Assembly (NCBI GenBank): GCA_017457005.1 | Contig: JAFTII010000030.1 | Span: 13,669 to 77,668 of the forward strand | Direction of reading: 5' to 3' | DNA: 64,000 nucleotides | Origin: Alphaproteobacteria bacterium | Lineage (GTDB): Bacteria; Pseudomonadota; Alphaproteobacteria; RF32; CAG-239 | Shown here: positions 28,370-37,874 of the stretch, one piece after another | Layout: every line of letters starts with the position of its first letter | How positions within the stretch are numbered: position 1 is the stretch's first letter | Program-made: the position numbers and the translations under genes | The notes under the pieces: generated by a model | What the model was told of the DNA's origin: nothing | Seen by the model: the letters and a program-made list of their open reading frames with translations, nothing else | Databases searched by the model: none

Positions 28370-28660
28370 ATGAACAAAAAAACCCAAGACCAGTTGGAAC
28401 ACGAAAAAGCTAAGCTGGAACAAATCATGAAGAGCATCAAGCAACTTCTTCCTGAAGGCTATTTGGTAACCAACCTCTACCCCGTAATGAAGCAGATCAG
28501 AAAAAACAACGGCTCTGTAGCTGAAACTTTTTGGACCTGCTGGGTAAAAAAAGATTCTATGCGCTACCTTGCTGTTCTTAAAGGAGACCGCGTAAAGCTT
28601 ATCTCCCACGATGAGCTGAACGAGTATCAACTGCACACTATTCGTTCTCACAATGACTAA
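28370..28660 (+). CDS. hypothetical protein (orphan cassette gene 1)
   Basis: 96-aa ORF whose stop overlaps the next ATG by 8 nt (ATGACTAA). It has no SD. A 122-aa antisense ORF competes, so the strand choice rests on the coupling. Confidence 0.5.
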   Translation: MNKKTQDQLEHEKAKLEQIMKSIKQLLPEGYLVTNLYPVMKQIRKNNGSVAETFWTCWVKKDSMRYLAVLKGDRVKLISHDELNEYQLHTIRSHND

Positions 28661-29411
28661 GTTCAGCAAAGAGCAGAACTTAATCTTAAAGGATTTAAGT
28701 CCTGAAGATAGAAAGAAGCAGATACGAGAATGGTATCAAGGTGGACAAATCAGTAAGGAGCAATACAATGCTTTTTCCATAAAATCAATTAGGAAAGAGA
28801 TTAACAAGAGCTACCCTGTTCCACCCAAAACCAAGCGTCCTCATCGCAAAAATAATTATGAAATTGCGATGACACGTTTCAGGCACAAGCTGTGTTCTAG
28901 ATTAAATGAATATCTGGAAAAACGAGACCCGTTACTTCCTTTACTCAATCATATTGAGTATAAGGAGTTTAAAAAGCTTATTAATATTTATCCTGCTTGC
29001 CAAGATGAAATTAATAAACTTTTAGAAATCGGTCTCAGGTACCCCGAACCTGAACTTAATGAGCTTTGTGTTGATTTTATTAACGATATGCTCAAATTTC
29101 ATGGCATTAAAAATATTCCCTTGTGGAATATGCTCTGGAGTACCAACCACTTTGTGCCTAATGACACCATTCGTCTGATGTATTCTGCGGATGGAAGTAT
29201 TGACACCTATTTTGATAAACTTACCATTCATGACTTATTACCTCTCATGAAGGTACATTTAGAAAAAGAAAGGTTAAGATACAACGAAGCACAAGAAAGA
29301 CCTGCTCAAAGTATCAATGATGCTCTTGCTAAAAAACAAGACATCAAACGCAAGAATTCAAGGATCAATGCGTTTGAAGACTTGATAACAAAGTCTGAAG
29401 CATACATCTGA
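28653..29411 (+). CDS. hypothetical protein (orphan cassette gene 2)
   Basis: 252-aa ORF with no recognisable motif and visibly more G/C-ending codons (AAG, CTG, ATC) than the neighbours. Confidence 0.6.
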   Translation: MTKFSKEQNLILKDLSPEDRKKQIREWYQGGQISKEQYNAFSIKSIRKEINKSYPVPPKTKRPHRKNNYEIAMTRFRHKLCSRLNEYLEKRDPLLPLLNHIEYKEFKKLINIYPACQDEINKLLEIGLRYPEPELNELCVDFINDMLKFHGIKNIPLWNMLWSTNHFVPNDTIRLMYSADGSIDTYFDKLTIHDLLPLMKVHLEKERLRYNEAQERPAQSINDALAKKQDIKRKNSRINAFEDLITKSEAYI

Positions 29412-29471
29412 TACTCCTCCCTCCCCCGACTGTCGCCAGACACTTGGGGGATTTTTTGTCCAAAAAACATA

Positions 29472-29500
29472 TTGCACCATAATTAAATATATGATACTAT
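29472..29500 (+). promoter_or_regulatory. candidate sigma70 promoter for cassette gene 3
   Basis: TTGCAC-17 nt-TACTAT, about 40 nt upstream of the ATG at 29543. Confidence 0.35.
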
Positions 29501-29542
29501 AACGAAGTTAACTGAATTATTAATCAAAAAAAATATATAATT

Positions 29543-30475
29543 ATGGAATTATCAAAAGAAAAAAAAGCGATGCTTGCTTCAGCTCAACCAATTACCAGAA
29601 GATGGCTGATGAACGAGTTTAAGAAAAATTACAGTGTTACTAATAACCTGTATAATTATCTCAACTTAGTTGAGAGCAATATCTACCGTTCTTGGCATCA
29701 GGACTGTCTATCAGAAATGAAAAGGATTAAGCTTAACACTTGCGTTCCTGACCTTTTTGATTTTGTGGCAAACCCAGATGTCAATTTGGCAAAAGCACTT
29801 TCTGAAGCTCAGAAACGATATGCTCGTGAAACAAACAAAACTCGCCAAAAGCACATTGGTAAAATGATTTCTATGCTTCAAACTTTGGCAACCAACGAAA
29901 AAAAGCTTTATCGTGACGCTACAAATGCTTTAATCAATGGAGCTTCGTTAGATTGCTTAGACCAAATTGCAATGGAGATATATACCAATAATGAAGTTGC
30001 AAACGAGTATATACTTTATACCAAACAAAGTATAAAGCACTATAATCGTTTAGTAAAACTTGGCAGACAACCATCAATTCATGAGCTTTATCAGGCCCTG
30101 GACCCACGGTCGGCAGCTGATGTCAACATCCATACCGCACAGGTAAACATTATTTGTGCTACCTATCAAGAAGGTAAAGATGTTCCGGAAGACATCAAGG
30201 CTGTATGTTTTGAGCACATTGCACAATGCATACAATATACCGGATATTTTCATGTTGCCCTTATGGAATATATCTTTAAGAATGACATGATTACCGAGCA
30301 GGCATTCCAACTTTTTGAAGATAGCAAAGAGATTATCGTCAAAACCGGAATGGCGATAATGCCTAAAGCTTATGCTCACCGCCTTGCCAAGAAAAAAGGA
30401 CTATATGACAAGCCGGCTGTAGAGCTTAGCGACAGCGACTTGAGAATTTTGCGAATAGAGCAAATGTTCTCTTAA
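29543..30475 (+). CDS. hypothetical protein (orphan cassette gene 3)
   Basis: 310-aa ORF, predicted helical by eye, with no recognisable motif and no SD. Confidence 0.62.
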   Translation: MELSKEKKAMLASAQPITRRWLMNEFKKNYSVTNNLYNYLNLVESNIYRSWHQDCLSEMKRIKLNTCVPDLFDFVANPDVNLAKALSEAQKRYARETNKTRQKHIGKMISMLQTLATNEKKLYRDATNALINGASLDCLDQIAMEIYTNNEVANEYILYTKQSIKHYNRLVKLGRQPSIHELYQALDPRSAADVNIHTAQVNIICATYQEGKDVPEDIKAVCFEHIAQCIQYTGYFHVALMEYIFKNDMITEQAFQLFEDSKEIIVKTGMAIMPKAYAHRLAKKKGLYDKPAVELSDSDLRILRIEQMFS

Positions 30476-30487
30476 AAACATCTCACA

Positions 30488-30527
30488 AAAAAACCGCGAT
30501 TATCATCTAAGATATCCGCGGTTTTTT
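30488..30527. terminator. hairpin terminator between convergent genes
   Basis: AAAAAAACCGCG...CGCGGTTTTTTG. Confidence 0.65.
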
Positions 30528-30528
30528 G

Positions 30529-31431
30529 TTATAGAATCACTTGTTTAAACTCAAAGCCTCGTAATAGATCTGATATCGGCATTGCTTTTTTACCTTGACG
30601 TTGAATTTCCATCACTTCCAAAACACCTACCCCACAAGCAATCTTTAATCCTTTGCCTTCTAATATCTGCCCTGCAGTTCCGTTTTCATTCAAAACTTTT
30701 GCTCGCAAGATCTTAAAACGCTCCCCTTCATATTCAAAATAACACCCCGGATAAGGATTAAATGCCCTAATTTTGCGTTCCAAAACATCTGCTGATGATG
30801 AAAAATCAAGCTTTGCTTCTGACTTATCAATTTTAGAAGCATAGGTAACCAATCCTTCATCTTGAACTTCCGGCTTAATATTTTCCAAGTCTTCCAAAAC
30901 CTCAACAATCAGTCTTGCTCCTAAATTTGCCATATCATCGTGCAAACTTCCACCGGTGGTGTTTTTATCAATCACTATCTCGCCCTTTTTATACATTGCA
31001 CCTGCATCTAAAGCTTCTACCACTTGCATAATTGTAATTCCGGTTTTATCATCACCCGCTTCAATAGCCCGCTGTATTGGAGCAGCACCTCGCCACCTTG
31101 GCAAAAGTGAACCGTGTACATTCAAACACCCCTTAGGAAAAGCCTCAATAATTGCCTTAGGCAATATCAGACCATAAGCAGCCACAACCGAAATATCTGC
31201 ATTAAGAGCTACAAATTTTTCTTGTTCTTCCTGATTTCGCAAACTCTTAGGTGTACGAACTTCAATTCCCCTACTCTCAGCAAAAACCTGAATTGGAGAT
31301 TTAATGATTTTTTGCCCTCTTCCTGCCTCTTTTGGAGCTTGGCAATAAACACAAACAACCTCATGCTTATCACATAAAGCTTTTAAACTAGGTACCGCAA
31401 AATCCGGTGTTCCCATAAAAACAATTTTCAT
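30529..31431 (-). CDS. fmt: methionyl-tRNA formyltransferase
   Basis: 300 aa with HGSLLPRWRGAAPIQ and a C-terminal Fmt domain. Confidence 0.95.
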   Translation of the reverse strand: MKIVFMGTPDFAVPSLKALCDKHEVVCVYCQAPKEAGRGQKIIKSPIQVFAESRGIEVRTPKSLRNQEEQEKFVALNADISVVAAYGLILPKAIIEAFPKGCLNVHGSLLPRWRGAAPIQRAIEAGDDKTGITIMQVVEALDAGAMYKKGEIVIDKNTTGGSLHDDMANLGARLIVEVLEDLENIKPEVQDEGLVTYASKIDKSEAKLDFSSSADVLERKIRAFNPYPGCYFEYEGERFKILRAKVLNENGTAGQILEGKGLKIACGVGVLEVMEIQRQGKKAMPISDLLRGFEFKQVIL

Positions 31432-31433
31432 AA

Positions 31434-31952
31434 TTAATTTCCGCTCTGTTCTTTACGTATTTTTTCTAATTTTTTTACCAACATTTGTCGTTTAAGCCTA
31501 CTAATATGATCAATATACAGCACCCCATCCAAATGATCCAACTCGTGTTGGATTGCCACAGCCAAAAAATCTTCGGCTAATAACTCACATTCTGCACCAT
31601 TATAATCCCAATACACCACTTTTACACTTGCCGGACGCTCAACCTCTGCCCTTAAACTTGGCAAAGATAAACACCCTTCTTCACAAATTTCCGTTTCATC
31701 TGATTTCCAAACAATTTTAGGATTAACCATATATATCGGACTAGGCTCTTCGCCCTCATGAGCAATATCCACCACCACCACACGTTTAGAAACTCCCACT
31801 TGAGGTGCAGCCAAACCACAACCGTTTGAAGCATACATTGTTTCCAACATATCATCTAAAAACTTACGTATTTCATCATCAACAGCCTCAACTTTTTCGG
31901 CCTTTTGCTTTAAAATCGGGTGCGGATATTCATATACTTTTAATTTTGCCAT
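31434..31952 (-). CDS. def: peptide deformylase
   Basis: Motifs GLAAPQVG, EGCLS and HELDH. Confidence 0.96.
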   Translation of the reverse strand: MAKLKVYEYPHPILKQKAEKVEAVDDEIRKFLDDMLETMYASNGCGLAAPQVGVSKRVVVVDIAHEGEEPSPIYMVNPKIVWKSDETEICEEGCLSLPSLRAEVERPASVKVVYWDYNGAECELLAEDFLAVAIQHELDHLDGVLYIDHISRLKRQMLVKKLEKIRKEQSGN

Positions 31953-32006
31953 TTTTTATCCTTACTAGAACAGAAGCTGTTTGATAAATGATTTAGATAG
32001 AGCAAT

Positions 32007-32498
32007 TTAGCGAACAGCTTTAGAGATTTGATCAAGCAACGCATTTACCATCTTAGGTTCATTCTTGTCAAAGAAAGCGTATGCCAAATCAACATATTCT
32101 TTTACAATTACCGTAGCATCAACATCGGTGGTATGAACCAACTCATAAGCAGCACAAAGCAATAAAGCACGTAGAGTACCGTCAAAACGATCAAAAGACC
32201 AACCTTCACGCAAATAATGAGATAAAGACTTCTCTAACATTTCTTTTTCTTTATGAACACCTCTTACAACTTCCGCAAAATAAGAAGTATCCATATTACT
32301 CAATTCCACCAAATTTTCTTTTTCTTCATATTCTGTTACATCATCTTCAATCACATAACGTCCGACTTCTCCATTAATAAAATCTTTGACAACTTCGTCA
32401 ACGGAAATTTGTCCGAACTCAATCATATAAGTGGCCTGCACCGCTGCCAATCTTGCAACTGACTTCATTTTTATTTTTTCAGAGACATATTTTGCCAT
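32007..32498 (-). CDS. nusB: transcription antitermination factor NusB
   Basis: 163 aa with a NusB helical fold pattern (ARLAAVQATY...LRALLLCAAYEL). The start overlaps the nrdR stop (TAATG). Confidence 0.88.
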   Translation of the reverse strand: MAKYVSEKIKMKSVARLAAVQATYMIEFGQISVDEVVKDFINGEVGRYVIEDDVTEYEEKENLVELSNMDTSYFAEVVRGVHKEKEMLEKSLSHYLREGWSFDRFDGTLRALLLCAAYELVHTTDVDATVIVKEYVDLAYAFFDKNEPKMVNALLDQISKAVR

Positions 32499-32971
32499 TA
32501 TTTAACTCCTTCCGGTTTAGCCATTTTATCAATTGTTTCAACAAAATCTTCAAAATCGCTTACTTCTTTAAAATCTCTATATACAGATGCAAAACGAATA
32601 TAAGCAATATGATCCAAATTAGAAAGCGCTTGCATAACAAACTCCCCGATTTGTGTAGATGGTATTTCCGCTTCTCCCGATGCTTCTAAACGACGCTGAA
32701 TTGAATTAACCACTTTTTCAACGCGTTCAGAACTTACCGGCCGTTTACGCACTGCCAAATAAATTGAATTTGCCAACTTATCCCTGTCAAACATAACTTT
32801 TTCGCCGTTTTTTTTGACAACTATCAAGTCGCGTAATTGCACTCTTTCAAAGGTTGTAAATCTGGAACCGCACTCTCCGCATTCTCTTCTTCTACGGATT
32901 GCAGTATTGTCATCCGTATCACGAGAATCTTTAACTTGTGTATCATCACATCCGCAAAAAGGACATTTCAT
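32498..32971 (-). CDS. nrdR: transcriptional repressor NrdR
   Basis: Zinc ribbon MKCPFCG...[12 protein letters not shown] plus an ATP-cone. Confidence 0.96.
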   Translation of the reverse strand: MKCPFCGCDDTQVKDSRDTDDNTAIRRRRECGECGSRFTTFERVQLRDLIVVKKNGEKVMFDRDKLANSIYLAVRKRPVSSERVEKVVNSIQRRLEASGEAEIPSTQIGEFVMQALSNLDHIAYIRFASVYRDFKEVSDFEDFVETIDKMAKPEGVK

Positions 32972-32976
32972 TTATA

Positions 32977-34299
32977 TTACTTTCCTTTATTAAGTAAAAT
33001 ATCTGCTATCTGATATAATTTTGAAGAATATCTTGCTCCTTTTATAAGAACAATATCGTTATTTTGCAAGAGTTTATTTAACAAAAACTCATCCAAACCA
33101 TCTTTATTTTCAAAATAATATTGTTCTTTTGTATTTGGCAATTGTGCCAGCATATCTTTCATTTCCGGACAAACACCTATTACCACATCTGCCGAAGAGT
33201 TTGCGACTATTTTACCAACTTCAATATGGCGACTTTCAGAAGACAGGCCTAATTCGGCCATTTTTCCGAGAACGGCAATCTTTCGTCCCGTACAAGGAAG
33301 CTTATCCAAAGTTTCTATAGCAAAAATCATAGCTTCAGGCTGTCCGGAATAACTATCATCAATTAGCGTATATTCTCCTCCGGCAGGTAATTTAAGTTTA
33401 TATCTGGCCCCTCTCCCCGGCAAAGATCCGAACTCTGATAAATATTCAGCCGCAACTTTAACATCAAGTCCTAATTCTTTGATAAGGCTTAATACGCACC
33501 ATGCGTTATAATAATTATGTTCGCCTATATCTTTAAGCTTTAACTCTGCTTGCGGATGATTATTTTTACCGAACTTCACAACTTTTGCGCCATTTTCAAG
33601 CGCTCTTTTTTCTAAAATATCTGCAAAATTAGTATCTTCATTAATAATTGCAATTCCTTCTTTTTTAAGCGACTTAAAAATTTCTGCTTTTGCTTCGGCA
33701 ATGTCTTCAAATTTTTCAAAAAATTCTATATGCATCGGATAAACATTGGTAATAATCGCCACATCCGGATTAACATAAGAAACCAAATCCTCAATTTCTC
33801 CCTTAGCGCTCATTCCCATTTCAATAATTGCATAATCTGCATCCATATCCATATCACAAAGCGTAATCGGCACACCTATATGATTATTAAAATTACCGGC
33901 AGTTGCATACACCTTACCAAATTTAGAAAGTGCAAATTTGATTTCTTCTTTTGTTGTGGTTTTTCCGGCACTACCGGTCAGACCTATAACCACTCCTTTA
34001 AAACATTGACGATTATATGCACCTAGCGCGCCATACGCTTTTATACTGTTTTTAACTACGATTTGTTTATTAAGCGGCACATCATCTATCACATGCTCAA
34101 CAATTACCAAAGAGGCTCCTTTATTTAAAACTTCAGCCACATAATCGTGTCCGTCATTTTTTTCGCCTTTAATTGCAATAAACAAATCTCCTTTTTTGAT
34201 TAATCTGCTATCAGTAACGATATTTTCAATTTCAACATCAATTACTTTAGATTCTGAACCAACGACTTCACAAATTCTTTGAGAGCCTATCTTTTGCAT
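32977..34299 (-). CDS. murF: UDP-N-acetylmuramoyl-tripeptide--D-alanyl-D-alanine ligase
   Basis: 440 aa with TDSRLIKKGDLFIAIKGEKNDGHDY and the P-loop GLTGSAGKTTTKE. No other dcw genes are nearby. Confidence 0.9.
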   Translation of the reverse strand: MQKIGSQRICEVVGSESKVIDVEIENIVTDSRLIKKGDLFIAIKGEKNDGHDYVAEVLNKGASLVIVEHVIDDVPLNKQIVVKNSIKAYGALGAYNRQCFKGVVIGLTGSAGKTTTKEEIKFALSKFGKVYATAGNFNNHIGVPITLCDMDMDADYAIIEMGMSAKGEIEDLVSYVNPDVAIITNVYPMHIEFFEKFEDIAEAKAEIFKSLKKEGIAIINEDTNFADILEKRALENGAKVVKFGKNNHPQAELKLKDIGEHNYYNAWCVLSLIKELGLDVKVAAEYLSEFGSLPGRGARYKLKLPAGGEYTLIDDSYSGQPEAMIFAIETLDKLPCTGRKIAVLGKMAELGLSSESRHIEVGKIVANSSADVVIGVCPEMKDMLAQLPNTKEQYYFENKDGLDEFLLNKLLQNNDIVLIKGARYSSKLYQIADILLNKGK

Positions 34300-34374
34300 T
34301 AATTTTCTCCGTCAAAAACAAATTTTTTTAAATATATTCGTTTTTATTTAATAAACCCCTAAACAAACCAAATA

Positions 34375-34401
34375 AAAAACTTGGATTTTTCCAAGTTTTT
34401 T
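34375..34401 (-). terminator. rho-independent terminator after glyA
   Basis: AAAAAACTTGG-ATTTTT-CCAAGTTTTTT. Confidence 0.75.
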
Positions 34402-34409
34402 ATTTAAAT

Positions 34410-35672
34410 TCACTTATATATCGGAAACTGTTCACACAGTGCCATAACTTTTTCGGCAACATTTTTTATTATTTCATCTGCTTTATCTGCTGCCACAGCA
34501 TCAACCACATCCGCAATCCAATTACCAATCATCTCAAATTCTTTTTCTTTGAATCCGCGAGTTGTACCTGCCGGAGTTCCCACCCTTATCCCTGATGTAA
34601 TTTTTGGAGGTTGCGGGTCAAACGGTACGGCATTTTTATTACAAGTTATACGAGCTTTATCTAAAGCTGTTGCTATTACATCTCCGGTCACATTTTTGGG
34701 CCTCAAATCAACTAACAATAAATGAGTATCTGTTCCGCCGGAGACCAAATCTAATCCTCTTTTTTTCAAAGTTTCGCCCAATACCTTAGCATTTTTTACT
34801 ACTTGAGCAGAATAAGCCTTAAATTCAGAAGTTAAATCCTCCTTAAAACAAACAGCCTTAGCAGCTATAACATGCATCAACGGTCCGCCTTGTGTTCCGG
34901 GAAAAATTGCTGAGTTAATTTTCTTTGCCAAATCTTCATTATTGGTAAGTATCATTCCTCCCCGTGGTCCGCGCAAAGTTTTATGAGTAGTTGTAGTCAC
35001 AACATCTGCATATTCAAGCGGATTAGGATGTACTCCACCAGCTACCAATCCCGCAAAATGAGCCATATCCACCATCAGATAAGCTCCGACTTTATCTGCA
35101 ATTTTTCTGAATTTAGCAAAATCAATTTGTCTCGGATAAGCCGAACCTCCGGCTATAATCAATTTGGGTTTATTTTCCAAAGCAAGTTTTTCAACCTGTT
35201 CATAATCGATTCGTCCGTCGTCAGCCTTAACACCATAAGTAATTGAGTTCAACCATTTACCGGAAATTGACACTTTAGCTCCATGTGTCAAATGCCCTCC
35301 GGCATCAAGGCTCATGCCCAAAATTGTATCATTAGGCTTTAAAAGAGCTACATATACTCCCATATTAGCCTGGCTTCCGGAATGTGGCTGAACATTGGCA
35401 AATTTGCAATTAAATAACTTTTTTGCTCTCTCTATAGCCAAACCTTCAATCACATCAACAAATTCGCAACCATGATAATAACGTCGGTTAGGATAACCTT
35501 CGGCATATTTATTAGTAAGAATTGATCCTTGTGCTTCCAAAACTGCCGGAGACACAATATTTTCAGATGCAATTAATTCAATTTGGCTTTGTTGTCTTTT
35601 AAGTTCCTTATCAATTGCTTCAAAGATTTCATTATCTTCTAACTGTAGATTTTCATTAAAATCCATATCCAT
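34410..35672 (-). CDS. glyA: serine hydroxymethyltransferase
   Basis: 420 aa with the PLP-lysine motif [14 protein letters not shown]. Confidence 0.97.
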   Translation of the reverse strand: MDMDFNENLQLEDNEIFEAIDKELKRQQSQIELIASENIVSPAVLEAQGSILTNKYAEGYPNRRYYHGCEFVDVIEGLAIERAKKLFNCKFANVQPHSGSQANMGVYVALLKPNDTILGMSLDAGGHLTHGAKVSISGKWLNSITYGVKADDGRIDYEQVEKLALENKPKLIIAGGSAYPRQIDFAKFRKIADKVGAYLMVDMAHFAGLVAGGVHPNPLEYADVVTTTTHKTLRGPRGGMILTNNEDLAKKINSAIFPGTQGGPLMHVIAAKAVCFKEDLTSEFKAYSAQVVKNAKVLGETLKKRGLDLVSGGTDTHLLLVDLRPKNVTGDVIATALDKARITCNKNAVPFDPQPPKITSGIRVGTPAGTTRGFKEKEFEMIGNWIADVVDAVAADKADEIIKNVAEKVMALCEQFPIYK

Positions 35673-35675
35673 CTC

Positions 35676-36107
35676 CTATTCATCTAATTCACAAATTCTA
35701 CGTTGATGTCGATTCTCTTCACTAAATTTTGTTGTTCTGAAAATATCAAAATACTTAATCACATCTTCAAATTTTTGCATTCTTCCGCCAAATACTGCAA
35801 TATTAGCATTATTATGCTCTCTGGTTAAGCGCGCCACATCTTCATTATACAAAACAGCAGCACGGATTCCTTTGATTCGGTTTGCAGCAATAGAAATTCC
35901 GATTCCGGTACCGCAAATAAGAATTCCCAAATCAAATTCTTTTGCCTTAATTGCATTAGTCATTTTATGCGCTATTAGCGGATAATCGCAAGATTCTTCA
36001 GAATCTGTTCCCAAATCACATAAACTAACGCCTTGTTTTTTATAATATTCAACTAATTTTTGCTTTAATTCAAACCCTCCATGATCAGAGGCAATTGCAT
36101 ATTTCAT
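35676..36107 (-). CDS. rpiB: ribose-5-phosphate isomerase B
   Basis: 143 aa with an RpiB/LacAB pattern (ICGTGIGISIAANR). Confidence 0.92.
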   Translation of the reverse strand: MKYAIASDHGGFELKQKLVEYYKKQGVSLCDLGTDSEESCDYPLIAHKMTNAIKAKEFDLGILICGTGIGISIAANRIKGIRAAVLYNEDVARLTREHNNANIAVFGGRMQKFEDVIKYFDIFRTTKFSEENRHQRRICELDE

Positions 36108-36192
36108 TTATATGATTCCTTTCTTAAAATCATCAACTTTTGCCATCATATAACAAAGTTGTGATAAAAAAACATTTTTTTTAAAAAATATG

Positions 36193-36220
36193 TTGACGTG
36201 TGAAAAAATTATTGTATATA
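36193..36220 (+). promoter_or_regulatory. sigma70-type promoter of the tRNA-Cys/tRNA-Asn unit
   Basis: TTGACG-16 nt-TATATA, about 30 nt upstream of tRNA-Cys. Confidence 0.5.
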
Positions 36221-36253
36221 TAGAGGCACCGATTGAGAGACGGTAGCACGAAT

Positions 36254-36328
36254 GGCCGGTTGGCAGAGTGGCTCATGCAGAGGACTGCAAATCCTTGTAC
36301 ATCGGTTCGATTCCGGTACCGGCCTCCA
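36254..36328 (+). tRNA. tRNA-Cys (GCA)
   Basis: GGCCGGTTGGCAGAGTGG...CTGCAAA...GGTTCGATTCCGGTACCGGCCTCCA, with acceptor GGCCGGT/ACCGGCC and discriminator U. Confidence 0.92.
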
Positions 36329-36344
36329 ACAAATACCGTATTAT

Positions 36345-36419
36345 TCCGGCTTAGCTCAGCGGTAGAGCAATCGGCTGTTAACCGATTGGTCGCCTGTTCG
36401 AATCAGGCAGCCGGAGCCA
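36345..36419 (+). tRNA. tRNA-Asn (GUU)
   Basis: TCCGGCTTAGCTCAGCGGTAGAGCAATCGGCTGTTAACCGATTGGTCGCCTGTTCGAATCAGGCAGCCGGAGCCA. Confidence 0.93.
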
Positions 36420-36423
36420 AAAA
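36401..36423 (+). repeat. att-type core, copy 1 (T-loop to 3' end of tRNA-Asn plus 4 nt)
   Basis: AATCAGGCAGCCGGAGCCAAAAA is identical to 36609-36631. Confidence 0.8.
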
Positions 36424-36608
36424 CAAGCCCTCAACCTTTATGGTTGGGGACTTTTTTTGTGCTCTGTTTGTTGATTTGAGCGGCGACCAATGGGAGCCTG
36501 TTCGGAGTGGATAGTTGGTGAAAACAAGCATTGAGCTTAGCAAATCGCTTAGCGAAATACGCAGTTTGAACCTTACGACACGAGGAGGACCCGCTTGCGG
36601 GAGTACCC

Positions 36609-36631
36609 AATCAGGCAGCCGGAGCCAAAAA
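36609..36631 (+). repeat. att-type core, copy 2 (orphan duplicate of the tRNA-Asn 3' end)
   Basis: Exact 23-nt repeat of 36401-36423. Both copies are followed by a similar hairpin with loop TTTATGG and a T-run. Confidence 0.8.
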
Positions 36632-36697
36632 AATAGAACCCACCTTTATGGTGGGTTTTATTTTTTTGTTTCCGTCTATCTGATAAGAATAGGCGGA

Positions 36698-36712
36698 GCC
36701 TGTTCAATCAGG
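36698..36712 (+). repeat. degenerate third copy of the tRNA-Asn T-arm
   Basis: GCCTGTTC-AATCAGG versus tRNA GCCTGTTCGAATCAGG (one deletion). A further 9-mer, GCCTGTTCG, lies at 36497-36505. Confidence 0.6.
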
Positions 36713-36989
36713 ACGAGGAAAAAAATTGCTCCAGTGAAGCAATTTTTGACGCAGATTACGTTTTTGTTAGTTTGTGAGCTAGTGATAACGACGCGAAACA
36801 AACTTTACAAAGGCGGTGACCAAAGCGAGTTGGCATTGCGATTAACGCAATGCTTACGAGTAAGACCGAGCCCTGTCATAAATAAAATGCCTTTTCTTTC
36901 ATCCTAACAAATATTTTTCAAAAAAACTAGACAAAAATAACTTTGTATGATAATATACAACCATGCTATACCATAAAATGGAGGATAAA

Positions 36990-37757
36990 ATGGATTTAGA
37001 CAAAGCAAAAAAAATTCTACAAGATTCAGAGTTTAAAAAAGCAAAAGGGGGAGAAAGTCTTGGGTATCCTTCAAAACTTGTTTCTATAGGAGCTAGGTGT
37101 AGTAAAGTTGTATGGGATGATAAGCATAAGAGTGGTAGTTTGTATGACGAGACAGGTAAGGAAATAGCTTTAGTAATGGATGCACCTTCATCAGATTATA
37201 AATGGTTATTTCATGAATGTAATGAAAAAGGTGCTTTTCTTATAAAAGACCCTTCTAAAGCTATTCGTAGACCTACATATCTGGTAACATCAAACAATGT
37301 ATACGAATTTTCTACGGAGATGACTAAAATCGAAGAATATAGCGGTTTTGCAAAAGATGCTGCTCATAGTTTGTTGTGGACATACAGTCCTTGTTACAAG
37401 CCCAAAATGACCGTTATGGATTTATATAATCAAGTATCAACAATTGAGAAGAACACTGATAATCCAAAGGAAGTTATGCTTAAAGATAAAGCTGGTAATG
37501 TACTTGCGTTTATGGATACTGATAATGGTGGTTTAGATTTTAAATTAAGGGACAATCAAGCTAAAGAGGAAATGGCTCGTGCTTTGGTTAGCGCAGATAA
37601 AATAGAACCTAAATCTCCTGGAAAATTTTCTTTTGATGGTACTGAAACAGAAAAAAGAGCACTTACTACTTTATTTCGTAGTGCCAGGGAAGCTTATAAT
37701 ACAGGTAAATCTCAAACAATCTGGCACACATCAGTATCAAGTAGAGGGCGTGTATAA
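36990..37757 (+). CDS. hypothetical protein (orphan)
   Basis: The ORF is open from 36963. I prefer the ATG at 36990 (MDLDKAKK), which is preceded by GGAGGA. No recognisable domain. Confidence 0.6.
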   Translation: MDLDKAKKILQDSEFKKAKGGESLGYPSKLVSIGARCSKVVWDDKHKSGSLYDETGKEIALVMDAPSSDYKWLFHECNEKGAFLIKDPSKAIRRPTYLVTSNNVYEFSTEMTKIEEYSGFAKDAAHSLLWTYSPCYKPKMTVMDLYNQVSTIEKNTDNPKEVMLKDKAGNVLAFMDTDNGGLDFKLRDNQAKEEMARALVSADKIEPKSPGKFSFDGTETEKRALTTLFRSAREAYNTGKSQTIWHTSVSSRGRV

Positions 37758-37874
37758 TTTAGATTATCTTGTTTTTCAGGTGGCGATAATCAATCCGCAT
37801 AATATCGTTATGTCTTTTATATAGCTCAATTACAAACTCTGTTAGAAATGTGTTGCATTTAGGTCGCCAGTTTT

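Noticed and set aside
28301-28669. 122-aa minus-strand ORF covering cassette gene 1
   Set aside because: I prefer the plus-strand 96-aa ORF because its stop overlaps the next plus-strand start (ATGACTAA coupling). The choice remains uncertain and is flagged in the cassette finding.
36540-36569. tmRNA-like tag reading frame GCA AAT CGC TTA GCG AAA TAC GCA GTT TGA (ANRLAKYAV*), lying upstream of a tRNA-like 3' end (36609-36627)
   Set aside because: There is no tRNA-Ala-like acceptor (no GGGG 5' strand, no TCCACCA end, no G3-U70). The 3' element is an exact copy of tRNA-Asn, and the tag does not end in the usual (L/V)AA. An att duplication explains it better.
36233-36907. Track ORFs 36233-36514 (93 aa) and 36515-36907 (130 aa)
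   Set aside because: They run through tRNA-Cys, tRNA-Asn and the att-repeat/terminator tract. They have no SD and implausible sequences.
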